From positions 42,532,001-42,596,000 of the forward strand of contig NC_043002.1 in assembly GCF_006345805.1 (NCBI RefSeq): a stretch of 64,000 bases of DNA. The letters run 5' to 3'. Positions 60,950-64,000 of the stretch are shown here, one piece after another. The notes under the pieces are model-generated. The model was not told the DNA's origin and searched no databases. It saw only the letters and a program-made list of their open reading frames with translations. Position numbers and translations under genes: made by a program. This stretch comes from Octopus sinensis. Lineage: Eukaryota. Positions within the stretch are counted from its first letter, which is position 1; the number at the start of each line of letters is the position of its first letter.

Positions 60950-61630
60950 ATGACTCTACCGCAACATATCATTAGATGAAAGGTTGAGTGCTTCCTAGCA
61001 GAAAAACAATGCATGGGTACGTTAATAGAAAGCTTCAGGATTACAGCAACATTGATAATTAAAGCAGTCTATCAAGGACTAACAAGATCACTAACTTTCA
61101 CTTTGAAAGGTATGCATTAACAATCCAGGAACACGAAATTCCAACCAAGTTTCTGATGAACAAAAGGGAATGTGATAACTGATGAAAACTCTGTGAAGTT
61201 AATGCCAAAACTATTACCCGCATTATAAGCAGTTGACCGAAAATGTCATCGTGATATCTACCGATGAGACATGATGTCAAGACACCGTACAGTGAGATCC
61301 GTCGGAAGGATAATCGTGAGGTCAAAGCAGTAGGAACCCACAGTGTGGTAAAGGCCATAACCATTCATAATATGAAAATGCATTGGTGGAATGTTCCTAC
61401 GAAAACCTCCATAAAATGCAAACAGAACAAACTAGACACAGTGATTTGGTATAAAGAAGAGAAACTATGTATACGCTGAACTATGGAGAAATTGACAACT
61501 ACTATACTCGGATTACAAGCTCAGATTTCTACCCACGATCATTGGGATAAAAGACTACACTAATCTTAACAAATTAGAGTTCACAAAAGTAGAAAGCTAA
61601 TTAGAAGACTACAGATACAATCCATTGTGA
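60950..61630 (+). mobile_element. R4/Dong LINE RLE region, decayed
   Basis: RHDVK..Y..I, WWNVPTKTSIKCKQNK and YAELWRN.QLLYSDYKLRFLPTIIG, colinear with ORF 7004..7501. Confidence 0.75.
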
Positions 61631-61690
61631 GTATTGTCATTGTGGTAGTCGTGGTAGGTGCTGATGAGTGAAAATGTATTTCTTGGGCTG

Positions 61691-62146
61691 TGTGTAGAAG
61701 TAATTAGCAACACTCACGAACAGTTAACAGAAGCTTTATTTCTTGTACATAGTGTTTTTTGTGTTGGTTTTTGACAAAAACTAAGAGCAACAATTACACG
61801 CAAAAGGACACATACTACTAGGATGTACGATAATTTAACTGGTACAGTAATTGTGGCTAGCTCACCACAAGTGGTAAACGCGCTATATTCATGACCACAA
61901 AATCTGCACCTTCTCTCTGCCAACGGCTGGTGATGAAATGAGAATGGAAACGTCAAACGGAGGTCCCGACAGTCTGGGGTTATCATTATAAACCACCTTT
62001 ATATAGGGCTCAATGAGAAAGATTTAGAAAGTTGAACCACGCTATGGCTTGATGCTGATTGGTCGGTTAATCGGCCGATCATGTGAAACTTCCGTAGCTT
62101 GGTCGTGAAGCCTACCCATTGATTCAGTTTTGAATGCGCTTTACCA
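61691..62146 (-). mobile_element. Possible solo LTR
   Basis: Minus-strand order CCAAT (~62060), TATATAAA (~62000), AATAAA (~61737); TG...CA-like ends. No TSD. Confidence 0.3.
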
Positions 62147-62619
62147 TCTCCGAAAGTTTAGCATTTAAGTAGATATGCACGTCAAGACATGCAACTATGT
62201 GCATGAGAATACATACATAAAATAAAACATACAAATCTGCACATACATTGACTGCAAATAGTGAACCAATACTTATTGATGTTGTTTAAAGTTCCAATGG
62301 AAGAGCCTTAGATCTAGGTTAGAAACAGACTTCCCATTGGTAAATAATCTAGAAATAAAACTAAATGACACACACACACGCACATACACGTACTCACGCA
62401 CACATGTATAAACGAATTAGTGGACAAACGAAAGCAGGGCACTCAACACATTTATTGGGAGTTACATGTATGGATCAAAACAAGTTTGATACAAATTCCT
62501 TGGTACTTTAAGTTTCAAAATGTGATGCTAATTCTCAGCTAAATTTTCAATGGCTGCGGATTAGCATCACGCTTTGAAACTAAAAGTACTAAGGAATTTG
62601 AATCAAATTGTTTTGATCC

Positions 62620-62650
<31 letters not shown>

Positions 62651-62703
62651 TGTATGTATGTATGTATGTATGTATGTATGTATGTATGTATGTATGTATG
62701 TAT
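62620..62703. repeat. (ATGT)n microsatellite
   Basis: Direct reading. Confidence 0.95.
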
Positions 62704-62789
62704 GTGCGTGCATGTGTGTGTATGTGTTATGTATGTAGGCATGTTCTCTTTCTCTTTTCAGTTTCAGAGTAAATTTTGATCGGCCACCA

Positions 62790-63300
62790 ATTTGGTAGCA
62801 AGGTTGTGAAGGAAAGTATCTTTTTTTAATCAGTATTCTTTAATTCTTAAGAAGATCTTGTAGGTTTAATAGTCCCAAATATCGTAATCATTTGTAGCAT
62901 ATGAATTAAGGAATTGCATTCTCTCCTTAAGATCCCAAGTCTAGCCATACTTTGCCCTAGACAGGTTGGTATGTATCCTGTTGCTCCAATAACAATAGGT
63001 ATGAAGCCAAAAGTGTATCTTGGGTACTGGATTTGGAAACTACTTATCAATGGTCCATAGATGTCCTCTTTCTCTTGTATTTTTTTAATGCTATTCACGT
63101 CCAGAGGGAAACTGATTTCCACAACGGAACATATCTTTTCTTTGCGCTCCCACATAGCGATATCTGGCCGGTTGTGCAACTGTTGGCAACTTGGCAACTG
63201 TTTTAGTTTTTAAGTTCCAGCAATATTTTTTTAATGTATGTATGTATTCAGCTCTCTCGATCAACAGAGGTAAATGTACTACATACCTAGAAAGCAAACT
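62790..63300 (-). mobile_element. R4/Dong LINE restriction-like endonuclease fragment
   Basis: LHNRPDIAMWERKEKICSVVEISFPLD...KEDIYGPL...FIPIVIGATG. Confidence 0.85.
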
Positions 63301-64000
63301 TCTTAACAACACAATGGTTTTTAAATGTTAATTCATTTTCAGTCAAAAATGAAAACATACCCATAAACTTGTCAATTAAAGATATTCAACACCACAACAA
63401 AGGTGTATGAAATAAGATATAGAATAAAAGAAATACCTGTCTAACTTGTATAAACAAGCTATCGGACGACCTATGTAGAAAGAAAGCCGAAATAGAATAT
63501 ATTTGCATAAAAAATGCAAACAGCTTGGGTCAAGTATGTAGAACGATGGTTAGATTGATGGAAATGAGACTGAGCCGTGGAGACAGTAAAAACACTTAAC
63601 AAGAATAACGGGTCTACTCTATTATTTTTTTCGTTGACACATTTTAAGTTACATAAGTTCTATATCATTCCCCAGTTTGTTTGCTGTACATATTCAGTTT
63701 TTGTGTGAAGCTCTGTTTAACCTACCCACTTCTGTACAAAGCTGATAACTATTACAGACGCACCCACGTAAGATTGCTAAACTTATGATTACTTTTATTA
63801 TACATTTTAAGTGGAGTGTTTCTTCGCCAGAGAGCTTTGTTGTTGGTAAGAGGTATTTTCTTTTCTATCAAATATTTTTTTCTCCTGTTATTTATTGAAA
63901 TGCTGTAAATATGTATTTATATATCGTTCTGGACATTGAATTTTTCATTATCACTGTTATTGTCATAGAAAACAATACGTACAATAAATTAGCAGAATCA

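Overview
Eukaryotic, AT-rich, repeat-dominated animal DNA. The SINE families and the (AT)n/(ATAC)n/(AC)n/(ATAG)n microsatellite load resemble an octopus/cephalopod genome; this is inference from recalled repeat families, not a search. There are no prokaryotic genes, CRISPR arrays, rRNA or bona fide tRNA genes, and most ORF-track entries are microsatellite read-through. The only host coding sequence I can support is two + strand exons (30092-30655, 32325-32899), each encoding one von Willebrand factor A domain; they are probably the 3' end of a tandem-vWA extracellular-matrix gene. The rest is a nested graveyard of mobile elements: Gypsy integrase and solo LTRs, R4/Dong-type RLE LINEs, CR1 and RTE RT fragments, Penelope-like GIY-YIG fragments, three Helitrons, mariner and Merlin transposase remnants, MITEs and several tRNA-derived SINE families. 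The most interesting unannotated signal is a set of 4-5 type I hammerhead ribozyme motifs with GUA cleavage triplets and palindromic (dimer-type) stem III. One is essentially intact (36365-36455, minus strand), and three lie just downstream of Penelope GIY-YIG remnants. Everything was read by eye. Motif-level coordinates were indexed base by base, but outer edges of decayed elements are approximate.
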